From: Malacoraja senta
Taxonomy: Eukaryota
NCBI GenBank assembly: GCA_038087875.1
Contig: CM075989.1
Coordinates: 5,890,001 to 5,954,000, forward strand
Direction: 5' to 3'
Length of the DNA stretch: 64,000 nt
Numbering within the stretch: position 1 is the stretch's first letter; every line of letters starts with the position of its first letter. The notes below the pieces were generated by a model. The model did not search any database, had not been told where the DNA came from, and saw only the letters and a program-made list of their open reading frames with translations. Below, one piece after another: positions 50,719-63,162 of the stretch. Position numbers and translations under genes: made by a program.

Positions 50719-51066
50719 CCATATAACCATATAACCATATAACCATATAACCATAACAGCACGGAAACAGGCCATCTCGGCCCTTCAAGTCCGTGCTGAA
50801 CATTTTTTTTAATTTAAAAAAAATATATATAAATAAATACTTCCCCCTAGTCCCATCTACCTGCACCCAGACCATAGCCCTCCATTCCTTTCCCGTCCAT
50901 ATACCCACCCAATCTATTTTTAAACGATATCATCGAACCTGCCTCCACCACTTCCACTGGAAGCTCATTCCACACAGCTACCACTCTCTGAGTAAAGAAG
51001 TTCCCCTTAATGTTCCCCCTAAACTTCTGTCCCTTAATTCTCAAGTCATGTCCCCTTGTTTGAATC
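50719..51066 (-). mobile_element. CR1-type LINE 3' end with (ttatatgg)n tail
   Basis: Encodes IQTRGHDLRIKGQKFRGNIKGNFFTQRVVAVWNELP; near-identical to 5031-5380. Confidence 0.92.
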
Positions 51067-51720
51067 TTGTATAGAAGTACTATGTTCTTGAACACATCCT
51101 TGTTCTTGCTTCCTTACTGTCTCATCCATTGTCAGCTCCTGTAGCTGATGTGAGACTTGGTAATTTATGCTGGTGGCAAGTTCCTCACCCAGAGGCTCAC
51201 CAGCGTCCGACGACATGGCAAACCGTGCTGCACACGGTGTCAGCTCTGGCCGCTGCATGCCCTCCCTTTGGAAGTCGTCGTCGGACTCAGGGTCAGAGCG
51301 TATCTGCCCTTCTGCACTCACCTCTTGCAAAGAGGGTGCTTTCAAGCAGGCCTCTACTAGGCACTGCCGGCGGAGCCTTCCCGACGGCCTCCCGCCCACA
51401 CAACTCCTCCTGAAGTGTGGCTTTGTGAAGCAGCTCCTTTTGGATAACCGCTGGGGCACGGTATCCTGTCCCCGACAGGACTCTCCTGGCCCGACTCTGC
51501 GGAGTCAATGGCCCTGACAGACTTGGCTTATGCCTACCGCCCGACTGGCGTTGGCTGTGTACCCGGCTGGGCACTTTGCCAAGTCTGTCGCCGCACCGCT
51601 ACCGGCTTGCGACTTCCCAGAGGTGACAGGCTGCCTTTCAGAGACTGCGCTCCCGCAGCTCTCTCTCTCCTTGTCCGTAGCAGGCCTGCACCTTGATGAT
51701 TTTTTACTTGTTCCTGCATT
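51067..51720 (-). pseudogene. DIRS gag-like ORF, 5' part
   Basis: SDPESDDD...RFAMSSDAGEPLGEELATSINY aligns by eye with 16000-16190 of the first copy. Confidence 0.7.
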
Positions 51721-52504
51721 GTTGGGAAAAAATACAGCAACAAACTTCTACTTTTTTCTAACTCCTCCAAAGTCTCCCCGACGTTGGTGGAGCTGTAACT
51801 ACTCACCTGCAGGAGGAGCTCCGTCTTCCTGCTGCCGGGCGCCAATGCGTCAGACGTAATGACGCGCATGCGCCCTGACGGGTCTTCTTCACGTAGTCAC
51901 TCACGTGACTCCGAAGTAAAATCACTATCTCACACTTTCCTTATATGTCTTTACCTACATCGCCAGAAATTGTACGGATATCGTCAGTTACTTTGTTGAA
52001 AACCTGCAAGTTATTCACTAATGTTTTGCCACATTTCTCAAGGGAAGTGATAGTTTGTGGCAAGTTTGCAAAATTGGAAGCAATAAACACAAGATCGCGG
52101 TGGACACAAAATTGGAAGCAATAAACACAACAAAAGCTTTTCACTGTACCTTGCTACATGGGACAATAAACTAAACTAAACTCAACTATCTCGCTTCATG
52201 TGACAATAATAAACCAATACCAATGCAGGCAAAAAGGGACCTCTGTTTTACATCTCATATGAAAGACGATATCTCCAACAGTGCATCACTCTCTCATTGC
52301 AACACCAGAGTATGTCTCGCATCTTGTACTCAAGCCTCTGTAATAAGACTTAAGCCAAAGGCTTCTGATTCAAGATAAGATTCACTCCAATACATATATC
52401 TGGGTAATGGAATAACAAACCTTGTTCCAAAGAAATGTCCAAGAGAACTTTCCCCTGCCAATATGTGACTTAGTTTAAAGTTACACATAGAATTTGTAAT
52501 TTTA

Positions 52505-52915
52505 CACAGTGGCACCACTGGTAGAGCCACTGCCTCAAAGCGCCAGAGACCCGGATTCAATCCTGACCTCGGGGCGCTGTCAGTGTGGAGTTTGCACGTT
52601 CCCACTGTTGACCACATGGATTTTTTTAATCCAGGTGCTCCGATTTCCTCCCACACTCCAAAGACGTACATGTTTGTCGGTAGTAAAATTATACCGGTGT
52701 ATCGGGTAGTGTCAATGCGTGGGGATCGCTGGTCAGCGCGGACTCGGAGGGCTGAATTGTCTGTTTCCACGCTGTATCTCTAAATTAAACTAAACTAAAG
52801 TCTCAACGATGTGCGTGGGGAGTGGATGAGAAAGTGAGATAACATGGAATCAGCGTGGATGGGTGGTCGATGGTCGGCGTGAATTCGATGGGTCGAAAGG
52901 CCTGTTTCCACGCTG
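52505..52915 (+). mobile_element. V-SINE plus a second SINE tail
   Basis: Head, V-domain, (ctaaa)n, then another tail. Confidence 0.85.
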
Positions 52916-53097
52916 ATCTTTTTTAAAAAAACGGAATCAATTATATCATGACGACCAGCACAGAGCAAGGAAAGGATGTTGTCCGACTCTTCCAGTGAGA
53001 CTGTAATGAGTGAGCCATTCAACACTGGGGGTATCGCTGGTCTACACATGTGTGGACTGAACTACTGGGAGAGTTGTTTTAGCAGAGGATATCTTAA

Positions 53098-53280
53098 TTA
53101 GTTTAGTCTAGAGATACAGTGTGGAAACAGGCCCTTCGGCCCACGGAGTGCACAAACCAGCGATCCCCGCACATTAACACGATCCTACACACACATTTAT
53201 ACCAAGCCAATTAACCTACAAACCTGTACGTCTTTGGTGTGTGTGAGGAGACCGTAGATCTCGGAGAAAACCCACGCAGT
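53098..53280 (-). mobile_element. V-SINE 3' part
   Basis: Reverse tail and partial V-domain. Confidence 0.85.
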
Positions 53281-53550
53281 TGGGGACCTTTAAAAATAAA
53301 AATGCTTTCTGCTGCACTTGCAGGAAAGACTCTGGATGTGAAAGGTCAGATGGGATGCTTGAATTAAATTAATGAGTTTGTCTGTCATCAAGACAAACCT
53401 GTTCAAATTTTTTAAAACTCCTTCCAATTCAACCAAGTTTCAAAAGAAAATTCCTGGCTTGACTGTAGAAACAGATGGTTGACAATGCTAAAGTTAGAAA
53501 TAGTTCAGCTGATATTTGTCTTTCCAATGTTTTAAGGGAATAATCTCTAA

Positions 53551-54073
53551 AGGGCCTGTCCCACTTGGGCGACCTAATCCGCGAGTTCTGGCGAGTTTGC
53601 CCTCGACTCATACTCGCAGCATGGTCGACACGAGGTCGTAGGAGGTCTTCGTAACTCTCCTTCGTGCTCGAGAGTGGTCCCCGTGTACTCGAGGCCTCAG
53701 CTAGGTCGCGGCGTATTTTTCAACATGCTGAAAAATGCCCGCGTGTAAAAAAAGGTCGCCCTGGAAAAAATCGACACTTTTTTTACTCGTAGGTTTAGTC
53801 GTAGTAGGTCGTAGTAGGTCGGCACGTTAGTCGTAGGTAATCGAGGGTAGTCGAAGGTAGTCGTAGATAGTCTTCATCATAGTGGAAGGGAGGTCGAAGG
53901 AGATCGAAGGAGGTCGTCTTCACTCTCCACTATTCGGTGTCCAATTTTCCCGAAGTAGCTAGTCGTAGCTAGTCTACAACATAGTCGAAGGAGGTCGAAG
54001 GAGGTCTTCAACATGATATTTTTTCAAACTCTTCTAAACTCGCCAATTAGGTCGACCAAGTGGGACAGCCCCT
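53551..54073 (-). mobile_element. Harbinger-type MITE, same subfamily as 12372 and 45542
   Basis: TIRs, TAA TSD. Confidence 0.92.
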
Positions 54074-54097
54074 TAAATGTTCTGATTGGTTGAAAGG

Positions 54098-54953
54098 TAC
54101 AGCATGGAAACAGGCCCTTCGGCCTACTGAGTCCACGCCTACCATCAATCATCCATTCACACTAATTCTATGTTATCCCACTTTAGTACCCACTCCCTAC
54201 ACACTAGGGGCAATTTATAGAGGCCAGTTAACCTACAAACCCACATGTCATTGGGATGTGGGAGCAAACCGGAGCAACCGAAGGAATCCCACTCGGTCAT
54301 AGGATGAGCATGTGAATCTCACCCCATGGTCAGGATTGAACCTGCATCTCCGGCACTGTGAGGTAGCAGCTCTATCAGTTTAGTTTAGTTTAGTCTAGTT
54401 TAGTTTAGTTTAGAGATACAGCGTGGAAACAGGCCCTTCGGCCCACCGAGTGCGCACTGGCCCACCGATCCCCGCACATTAACACTATCCTAGACACACT
54501 AGGGGCAATTTACACATACACGAAGCCAATTAACCTACATACATGTACGTCTTTGGAGTGTGGGAGGAAACCGAAGATCTCAGTTCCCAGTACCGTGGCT
54601 GGAGAACCAGACCTGCTGTCAGGGTTTTAAGGCAGAGGTAGATAGATTCTTGATCAGTACAGGTGTCAGAGCGAAAACTAGACCTTTGACCCACCGTTGC
54701 CATGCCGACCAACACGAGCACTATCCTGCACAAAAGGGACAATTTACAATTTTACCGAACCTTAATTAACCTACACAACTCTACGTCTTTGGAGTGTGGG
54801 AGGAAACTGGAGCACCCGGAGTAAACCCACGCAGTCACAGGAAGAATGTACAAACTCTGTACAGACAGCACCCGTAGTCGGGATGGAACTCCGGTCACCG
54901 GCGCTGTAAGCGCTGTGAGGCAGCAACTCTACCGCTGCGCCACCGTGGCCGCC
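54098..54953 (-). mobile_element. Cluster of three reverse V-SINE copies with a short CR1 piece
   Basis: Copies at about 54098-54375, 54377-54583 and 54690-54953. Confidence 0.85.
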
Positions 54954-55042
54954 CACAGTTGCACCACTTACCTTCCCCAGTTGCTCGAATTTACTCGTTC
55001 ATATTTGACTCAAGCCAATGTTACAAGTGCACATTGAGATAT

Positions 55043-55242
55043 NNNNNNNNNNNNNNNNNNNNNNNNNNNNNNNNNNNNNNNNNNNNNNNNNNNNNNNNNN
55101 NNNNNNNNNNNNNNNNNNNNNNNNNNNNNNNNNNNNNNNNNNNNNNNNNNNNNNNNNNNNNNNNNNNNNNNNNNNNNNNNNNNNNNNNNNNNNNNNNNNN
55201 NNNNNNNNNNNNNNNNNNNNNNNNNNNNNNNNNNNNNNNNNN
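55043..55242. other. Assembly gap (200 N)
   Basis: Run of N. Confidence 1.
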
Positions 55243-55495
55243 CTGAAATCTGGTACATCCAGGTTCAGGAACAGCTGCTTCCCTACAGCCATCAAACTCG
55301 CCATCAAACAAACTCTGAACTATAACAGCCTATTGCACTGTATCTGTTTATTTATGCGTATATATATATGGTCTATGCTATATAGACACACTGATCTGTT
55401 CTGTATTTATGCTTGCAATACTCTGTTGTGCTCCAGCAAGCAAGAATTTCATTGTCCTATCTGGGACACATGACAATAAACTCTCTTGACTTGAT
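55243..55495 (+). mobile_element. Rex1/Babar-type 3' end
   Basis: Encodes LKSGTSRFRNSCFPTAIKL; gacaataaactctcttgacttga tail. Confidence 0.85.
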
Positions 55496-55874
55496 CTTAG
55501 ATAAAGTACAAGCATATAGAAATAATAAACTGAGGCAGTATACAGGAGTTGGCAGATATGGCACCATTTTCAAGTCCCAGTTGTTGTAAGTGCAGGGATC
55601 TTGACCTGACCATGAAGGTCTGTTGTCCTGGTGGCGTTGCAGGGTCGGCCTGGCCAAGCATAACCGTGGTGTCCCCCGCGGCTGCTCCAGCCAAACCCCA
55701 GGAGGTTGAAGGACCTCCAGCGGCCCACTCCCCCCGTCGAGGCTGCAAACCCTTTCCCACAGCCGGTCTGTTCTGAATCTGACTCCCTCCTCTCCTGTCC
55801 TTGGGGCCGAGTGGCTTCCCTCTCTGGACAGGGTACCGGTTCCAAAGCAGTAGAGCCAGGCCCCTGCTGTCGGG

Positions 55875-56047
55875 GTTTTAAGGCAGAGATAGATAGATTA
55901 TTGATTAGTCTGGGTGTCAGAGGTTATGGGGATAAGGCAGGCGAATAGGGTTAGGAGGGAGAGATAGATCAGCCATGATTGAATGGTCGATGTAGACTTG
56001 ATGGACTGAATGGCCTAATTCTGCTCCTATCACTTATGACCTTATGA
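55875..56047 (+). mobile_element. CR1 tail with (cttatga)n end
   Basis: Encodes FKAEIDRLLISLGVRGYGDKAGE. Confidence 0.85.
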
Positions 56048-57046
56048 TTGCGTCTTGCCAGAATCCTTGAGTCTAAACCTTTTCAGTGTTGGCACTCATT
56101 TGATGAAATCACTAATCTATGTGATACATAGCAAATTGGTGGTCCTGTCAGATACACTCCACCCATTCCCTATCCAAACTTTTTCTTGAGCTCGAACCGA
56201 CATCAGAACAATAAGCCAGGAATGAAAAGGCCTTCTTCCCTTGTCCTCCTGAATGCCATTACGTACAGTCTTCCTGAGCAATTGTCCTCTTGCTTAGCCT
56301 TTCACAAAAAGCTTCTTTGACCATGTAGGCATTGAGGTCATCCATTTTCACGGTGGAAAGAAAATCTCGTGCTCCTCAAATCTATATTCATCTCTAAGGA
56401 AGCATAACAGAAAGGAGCCATTGTTCATTTCCAGACACTTGGCTGTAGACTGAAGTTGATTTTTTTTTAAATGATACACTGGCAACAAACACGTTTTTAA
56501 CCGCAGCACATTGTGAAATAATTCATGAGCTTATGTTTTGTTTTAGGTTCTGAGATCCTGAATGATGTGCCTGACAACATAGTGGTGGTACAAGCATGGT
56601 CACCTTGGTCTTTTGTTGTGTTCCGTCGTCGAAATGCCCTTTCAACAGTATAAGCTGAAACCTTCCCTCCTCTGAGACTCTCACCACTCTCAAGGGAGGC
56701 ACATTGGCGCAGCAGTAGAGTTGCTGCCTTACAGCGCATACAGGGCCAGAGACCCGGGTTCGATCCCGACTACGGGTGCTGGGAACATCGAACTTGTGTG
56801 AACAGGTGATTGATGTTCAGATTGGACTTGGTTGGGCTAAGGGCCAGTTTCCATGCTTTGTTTTACGTGCTATCCTGTCATATCAAACCATACATGAGTA
56901 CAATCCTACACAAGTAGAAGAGTCAAATGATTACAGTGGATGATAGTTGACTTCTTCTGGGCCAGTATGCCAAGAGTCTCCATGTTTTGGTGCCAGCTTG
57001 TAACTTTCACGTCTCAAGGCTCTGAAATCGTCTATCTTGTCCGAAG

Positions 57047-57282
57047 GAAATAGACACATAAAGCTGGAGTAACTCAGCGGGTCAGGCAGCATCTCTGGAA
57101 AGAAGGAAAGGGTGACGTTTTGGGTCAAGACCCAATCTTCAGACTGAGAGGCAGGGGAAAGGAGAAAGGGAAACGAGAGATATCTCGTGTATCGACCCAC
57201 CTGCTGCCTGTCCTGCTGAGTTACTCCTGCATTTTGCGTCTATCTTCGGTGTAAACCAGCATCCGCAGTTCCTTCCAACGCA
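57047..57282. mobile_element. Penelope-derived fold-back element
   Basis: Inverted arms; ttgtcc(g/a)aagg flanking duplication. Confidence 0.8.
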
Positions 57283-58072
57283 TTTTGTCCAAAGGGGTTA
57301 TGCATTTCCTGTGTTGTCACTGCAAGGCCCGGAGTCATGGTGGCTTTGGATTGCTGATGTAGGTGGCTGTCTGGCTCAGCGCGATGCTATTGATTCCGTT
57401 CATGGTTGCGGCCACTCTGTGCCGCTGCTGGGGCCTGCACTCACTCTGCGGGCCTGTAGGGCTTCCAGCGGCCACCTCATCTCTCCGTTGCAATGCCATG
57501 ACTTGTACTCCAGCAACCATGCGGCTGTCACCTCCCGCAGCCTCCCCACCACCTCCGTGCACCGTGGTCCCCACGTTCCCCTTCCCTGAAATCCTCACAA
57601 AACTTAAGGGATCTTCCCGAAGGATGTGGGAGACTCCATAGTACAACGAAAGTCTGAAGAAGGAATGGGACATGGGCGGGACATGGCAAGGGATGAACAC
57701 TGAACAGTGTCACTGGATGGATATTCCCAATCTGAGGAAGGGTTCCATCCCGAAACGTCACCTATTCCTTTTCTCCACGGATGCTGCCTGACCCTTCTGA
57801 GTTACTCCAGCATTGTGTGCTTATCTCCAGGATGCCATGCAGGCTGAGTTTTGTGTGTTAAATTATAGCGGAACTATCTTGCTCCTTTCCAGAGGACATC
57901 TGTTCCTCCAAAGGTTCAGTCGAAGTTCAACAGATCAAGGTTGTGGAGTCCTTGTGTTTAGACTACATTTCCCCGAGCCAGTGCAACCTGGAACATCCTG
58001 CATATCTTCACTGATGTGGACCAGCCGATGTGTCCAATGACTTGTGCATTTAACCCCCATCACAGTCCATCT

Positions 58073-58390
58073 GGGGCAGCACGGTGGTGCAGCGGTAAAG
58101 TTGCTGCCTTACAACGCCAGAGACCCGGGTTCGATCCTGACTACGGGTGCTGTCTATACGGAGTTTGTTCGTTCTCCCTGTGCATTGTGCGGCTTTCCTC
58201 TGGGTGCTCCGGTTTCCTCCCACAATCCGAAGACGTGCAGGTTTGCAGGTTAATTGGCTTTGGTAAAAATTGTAAGTTATCCCCAGTGCGTGGGATAGTG
58301 CTAGTGTACGGGGTGATCGATGGACGGCGTGGGCTCGGTGGGCCGCCGGGCCTGCTTCCACGCTGTATCTCTAAAGTCTAAAGTCTAAAT
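58073..58390 (+). mobile_element. V-SINE
   Basis: Full copy with (ctaaagt)n tail. Confidence 0.9.
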
Positions 58391-58804
58391 CTGCTTAAAA
58401 AGGATTGGAAACATTTCTGAACTACAGCGAGCTGCACAATCCAAATGCAAATCTTTCCATCAGTACAATATTCCCCAATGAAAATGTTGACCATTATGTT
58501 CTGCTAAAAACTAGATAAAAGATCACATCCCACATTAATTCCTTCTTCCCCATTACGTCGGTCCTTGGTGACATGTACTTGCTCCTCATCCCCCCATTGG
58601 AACTTCAATGTTCAGTTTCATTTCCAATTAAACTCTATTTTTGTCAATGCGCAAAGAATTGGCATGCTGTTCAATGCTAACATTGACTAAAGGTTATGGG
58701 CATGGCCTTACTTTCAGACTCCATCTCCTAGCCAAATTTTATCTTAGGAAAGGAGTGTTACATTGTGGTTTGGATTAAATTACTTTCAACTGACTTCATC
58801 CGAC

Positions 58805-59250
58805 GAGTGGGAGAGTCTAGAACCAGAGGGCACAGCCTCAGAATAAAAGGACGTACCTTTAGAAAGGAGATACGGAGGAATTTCCAAAGTCAGAGGGAGG
58901 TGAAACTGTGGAATTCATTGCCACAGAAGCCTGCGGAGGCCAAGTCAATGATTATTTTTGAAGGGGAGATTGACAGGTCGTTGATTAGTAATTGTGTCAA
59001 AGGTTATGGGGAGATGGCAGGAGAATGGGGTTGAGAGGGAAAGATAGATCAGCTATGATTGAATGGCGGAGTAGATTCGATGTGCCGATTGCCCTAATTC
59101 TTTTCCTATGAACTTATGAACAGTATCCAGGCTGGCAGCTGAGAAGTGCAAAACGCAGGCAGGTGGGATGAGTGTAGATGGGACATGTTGGCCAGTGTGG
59201 GCAAGTTGGGCCAAAGGGCCTGTTTCCATGCTGTAAGACGTTATGACTCT
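58805..59250 (+). mobile_element. Two CR1-type 3' ends
   Basis: Encodes VGESRTRGHSLRIKG...LWNSLPQK; second tail at 59150-59250. Confidence 0.85.
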
Positions 59251-59564
59251 GTGACACTAAATCGCTCTGCCTTGCCCAACCCTGCTTGCATGATCAAATC
59301 CACCCGCGATTCTTTCAGCAGCTCACCTGTTGGGTGGGACTCAGCATCAGGAATGCAGTCCTACGAATAGACCTGACAAGACAGGAAATCAACCAGAGAT
59401 AACCTACCTCCAGCTTGACAAGTATAATTAATTGCTGCCCGCTGTCAGGAAATATTTCTTGGCCTGGTCTTCACAGATCGTGATAACTCTATTTTTGTCA
59501 ACACACCAAGAACTGGCATGTACTGTAGTTGCTGTCAACGCTAACCTGCTGAGTTAGCCCACTT

Positions 59565-59800
59565 TCACATCCTCTCTTCCACTCCCGACTCACGAAGGGC
59601 AGTTCTACGGAGGGCCAATTCACCGACAAACCCGCACGTCTTTGGGATTTGGGAGAAAACCGGACCACCCGGGGGAAAACCACGCGGTCACAGGGAAGAA
59701 CGCGCAAACTCCACACAGGCTGAACCTGAGGTCAGGATTGAACCCGGGTCTCTGGCGCTATGAGGCAGCAGCTCCGCTACCTTACCTTGCCACATTGCCG
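59565..59800 (-). mobile_element. V-SINE
   Basis: Reverse V-domain and head. Confidence 0.85.
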
Positions 59801-60076
59801 CCCTTACTCCAGCACTTCATGTAGGTGCAGTTCCTTGTGTCCTTGTGCTGATCGGTCAAACATTGATCTCACTGTAAGACTTTGATTCATAGCCAAGCTT
59901 CATCTCAGGAAAGGAGCATTACATTACAGTTTGGATGTAATTAATGCAAGAGCCTGCTGATGTATTTAAGGGGATGTAAGAGGTTCCAGTGTGCGGTAAC
60001 TCCTCTGGTCCTTCCTCACTAGTGTTCGTGATGAATGGCTGCAATTCTACCCAGTCTTGCCTGAGTTTTATTTTTC

Positions 60077-60845
60077 GTTTAGTTTAGAGATACACCGCAG
60101 AAACAGGCCCTTCGGCCCACTGAGTCCACGCTGTCCAGTGATCCCCGCACATTAACACTATCCTACAAACACTAGGGCCAATTTCTCATTTTACCAAGCC
60201 AATTAGCCGACAAATCTATGCGTCTTTTTTTTTTGTGTCAAAAGTAATTTATTTAATTCCGATCACGATACAAAACCAAACCGTGGTGGCACACTCACCA
60301 CCATATTACAAAATTACCAGATTATTCAGACGCTGAATTCCAAACAGCTATGTTACAAATATACTAAATAACTACGATACAACTATGTCCCTCTCTAACA
60401 CCACCCAGGCACGGACGTAACCCCGGAAAAGGGGCAAGCATTGGGCTAGGGCAGAGCCCTCTTCTGCCTGGCGCCGTGACTCGTGGATGGCCAGTTTGGC
60501 CAGGCCTAGGAGCAAGCCAACCAGGACATCTTCGGCCCTACCCACTCCCTAGATCCCGTCACCAGTTCTCCGGTCGTTGACAGCAGAGCTGCTCCTCCCC
60601 CTACGGCCACTAGGTGGAGTGGCGGTGCGCCTCGCCTCGCCATCCGGATATTGGCTACAAGGGACGCTCTACTGGTCCCTCAAACCTGTACTTCTTGGGT
60701 GTGTGGCAGTTAACCGCTGGGTAAACCCACGTGGGTCATGGAGAGAATGGACAAACTCCATACAGACAGCACCCGTAGTCAGGATTGAACCCGGGCCTCT
60801 GGCGCTGTAAGGCAGCAACTCTACCGCTGCGCCACCATGCCGCCC
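60077..60845 (-). mobile_element. V-SINE split by an L1/Tx1-type insertion
   Basis: Tail 60077-60226; head resumes at about 60681. Confidence 0.8.
60227..60680 (-). mobile_element. L1/Tx1-clade LINE 3' fragment
   Basis: Minus strand encodes EDVLVGLLLGLAKLAIHESRRQA...CLPLFRGYVRAWVVLE, then AATAAA and poly(A). Confidence 0.7.
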
Positions 60846-60944
60846 TGTCTGGCTAGTGACTAGCAACTCTCTGTTAAAATTGGAGTTGGCATCTTGGAGA
60901 GCAGGGGTGAATACCGGGACTTAACCCTAATCATAAATAAGCCT

Positions 60945-61198
60945 TCTAAGGCAGTGGAATTCTGAGGCAGTGGAATTCTCTGCCTCAGAGGGCGGTGGAG
61001 GCCAGTTCTCTGGATGGTTTCAAGAGAGAGCTAGATAGGGCTCTTAAATATAGCAGAGTCAGGGGATATGGGGAGAAGGCAGGAACGGGGTACTGATTGG
61101 GGATGATCAGCCATGATCACATTGAATGGCGGTGCTGGCTCGAAGGGCCGAATGGCCTACTCCTGCACCTATTGTCTATTGTCTATTGTCTATTGTCT
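60945..61198 (+). mobile_element. CR1-type 3' end with (ctattgt)n tail
   Basis: WNSLPQRAVEA motif and UTR. Confidence 0.9.
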
Positions 61199-61239
61199 AA
61201 TCTAATATCATGTTTTACATCAAACATAGAACAGTTCAG

Positions 61240-61433
61240 TGTTTAAGAAGGAACTGCAGATGCTGGAAATTCGAAGGTAGACAAAAATGCTGGAGAAACT
61301 CAGCGGGTGAGGCAGCATCTATGGAGCGAAGGAAATAGTCAACCCGAGCGTTTCGACCCGAAACGTTGCCCATTTCCTTCGCCCCATAGATGCTGCCTCA
61401 CCCGCTGAGTTTCTCCAGTATTTTTGTCTACCT
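61240..61433. mobile_element. Penelope-derived fold-back element
   Basis: Near-perfect inverted arms; tagaacagt(t/a)cag flanking duplication. Confidence 0.85.
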
Positions 61434-61434
61434 T

Positions 61435-61750
61435 AGAACAGTACAGCACAGGAACAGGACTTTCAGCACACAATGTCTGTGCCGAACATAATGCCAAAAT
61501 AATCTCATCTCAATGCCTGCACATGATCGATACGCTGGAATTCCCTGCATATCCTGTCTGCCTATCTAAAAGACACTTGAATGCCACTATTGTATCTGCC
61601 ACCACCACCACCCATGGAATCGTGTTCCAAGCACCCACCACACACCTTTGCCCATAAAACTCCTTTAAACTTTGTCCCTTTCACCTTTAAAACTGTGCCC
61701 TTGTGTCTTTGACATTTCCACCTTGGGGGAAAAAGGTTCTGACTGTTATA
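61435..61750 (-). mobile_element. CR1-clade 3' end, diverged
   Basis: Same family as 3930-4460 and 63575-63915. Confidence 0.75.
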
Positions 61751-61952
61751 TTCTCATTCAAGTTCACAAGCATTGGTCAGCTCTTCCAGTGACTTCCTTA
61801 TCTCCTTGCAAAGGGCTCATTTGAGTGGAAAATCAGGGGGTTAACTCATGGTGTCTATCTTCACAAACTGGGAGCTAGAACCGGGAGCCACTTAATGAGT
61901 GTTATTGTGTTTAAATGTGTTTAATCAGAAGGGTTAACTTAATAATGATGCC

Positions 61953-62558
61953 ATTATTAAGAAAGCACATCAGCGCCTCTACTTCCTGAGAAGATTACGG
62001 AGAGTCGGTTTGTCAAGGAGAACTCTCTCTAACTTCTACAGGTGCACAGTAGAGAGCATGCTGACCGGTTGCATCGTGGCTTGGTTCGGCAACTTGAGTG
62101 CCTTGGAGAGGAAAAGACTACAAAAGGTAGTAAACACTGCCCAGTCCATCATCGGCTCTGACTTCCCTTCCATCGAGGGCATCTATCACAGTCGCTGCCT
62201 CAAAAAGGCTGGCAGTATCATCAAAGACCCACACCATCCTGGCCACACACTCATCTCCCTACTACCTTCAGGTAGAAGGTACAGGAGCCTGAAGACTGCA
62301 ACGACCAGGTTCAGGGATAGCTACTTCCCCACAGCCATCAGGCTATTAAACCTGGCTCGGACAAAACACGGAACTTTATTAGCCAATTAACTGTTATTTG
62401 CACTTTATGAGTATATTGATTCATGTGTGTATATATTTATAGAATGCCTTGTAGTCAATGCCTACTATGTTCTGTTGTGCTGAAGCAAAGCAAGAATTTC
62501 ATTGTCCTATCAGGGACAGATGACAATAAACTCACTTGAACTTGAACTTGAACTTGAA
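61953..62558 (+). mobile_element. Rex1/Babar LINE 3' end with intact frame
   Basis: Encodes KKAHQRLYFLRRL...FYRCTVESMLTGCIVAWFG...HPGH...LPSGRRYRS...RFRDSYFPTAIRLLN; (cttgaa)n tail. Confidence 0.92.
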
Positions 62559-62865
62559 TTATTGATGTAACAGGTAATCTCTAGCCTATAATGCGCTGGC
62601 AAACAGGAAACTCCCGAGTGTGGTTCAAATTAATAACAGATTACATCAGGTATCCAATGAGATGACAAAATACATCAAGCAGGTCACTTGAGATCATGAG
62701 GCCTTTGCCTTGGAATTGGCAGTGATCCATTGCATCACCTCAACTCCACGATCCCCAATGAAAGTAAACCATACAATGATCGATGGACCAACCTCCTGCC
62801 ACTGGCACGTTATTCTGGCGAACGGAGATATCTCCAGGCAGCAACGGAGACAACTGGTCTTATCT

Positions 62866-63162
62866 GTTTTAGTTTAGAGATACAGCGCGGAAACAGGCCC
62901 TTCAGCCCACCGAGTCTGCACCGACCAACGATCCCCGCACACTATCCTACACACACCAGGGACAATTTACACTTACACCAACCCAATTAACCTGCAAACC
63001 TGTACGTCTTTGTGTGGGAGGACACCGAAGATCTCGGGGTAAACCCACGTGGTCGCGGGGAGAACATACAAACTGCGTACAGACAGCACCTGCCGTCGGG
63101 ATCGAACCCGGGTCTCCGGCGCTGTAAGGCAGTAACTCTACCGCTGTGCCTCTATGCTGCCC
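62866..63162 (-). mobile_element. V-SINE
   Basis: Full reverse copy. Confidence 0.9.

Larger units (their letters stand above)
48863..51922 (-). mobile_element. DIRS1-like retrotransposon, internally deleted (no RT/RNase H)
   Basis: Perfect 36-bp inverted repeats 48936-48971 / 51860-51895; ICR 49094-49205; YR and MTase remnants; ATT ends. Confidence 0.95.
48442..52105 (-). mobile_element. hAT-like transposon 3' part (transposase C-terminal relic), split by the DIRS element
   Basis: DLVFIASNFANLPQTITSLE...GKCEIV|ILTNKDLEE...YAPVTSDEVERRFSQLKHILSNRQHSLTQDNL (dimerisation-domain PxTS..VERxFS motif); outer boundary approximate. Confidence 0.75.

Noticed and set aside
57311..57700. GC-rich stretch with ORFs in several frames
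   Set aside because: No frame could be favoured and no homology recognised; left unassigned
57893..58014. Possible terminal exon (DICSSKGSVEVQQIKVVESLCLDYISPSQCNLEHPAYLH*)
   Set aside because: Good acceptor only; no supporting evidence to separate it from chance
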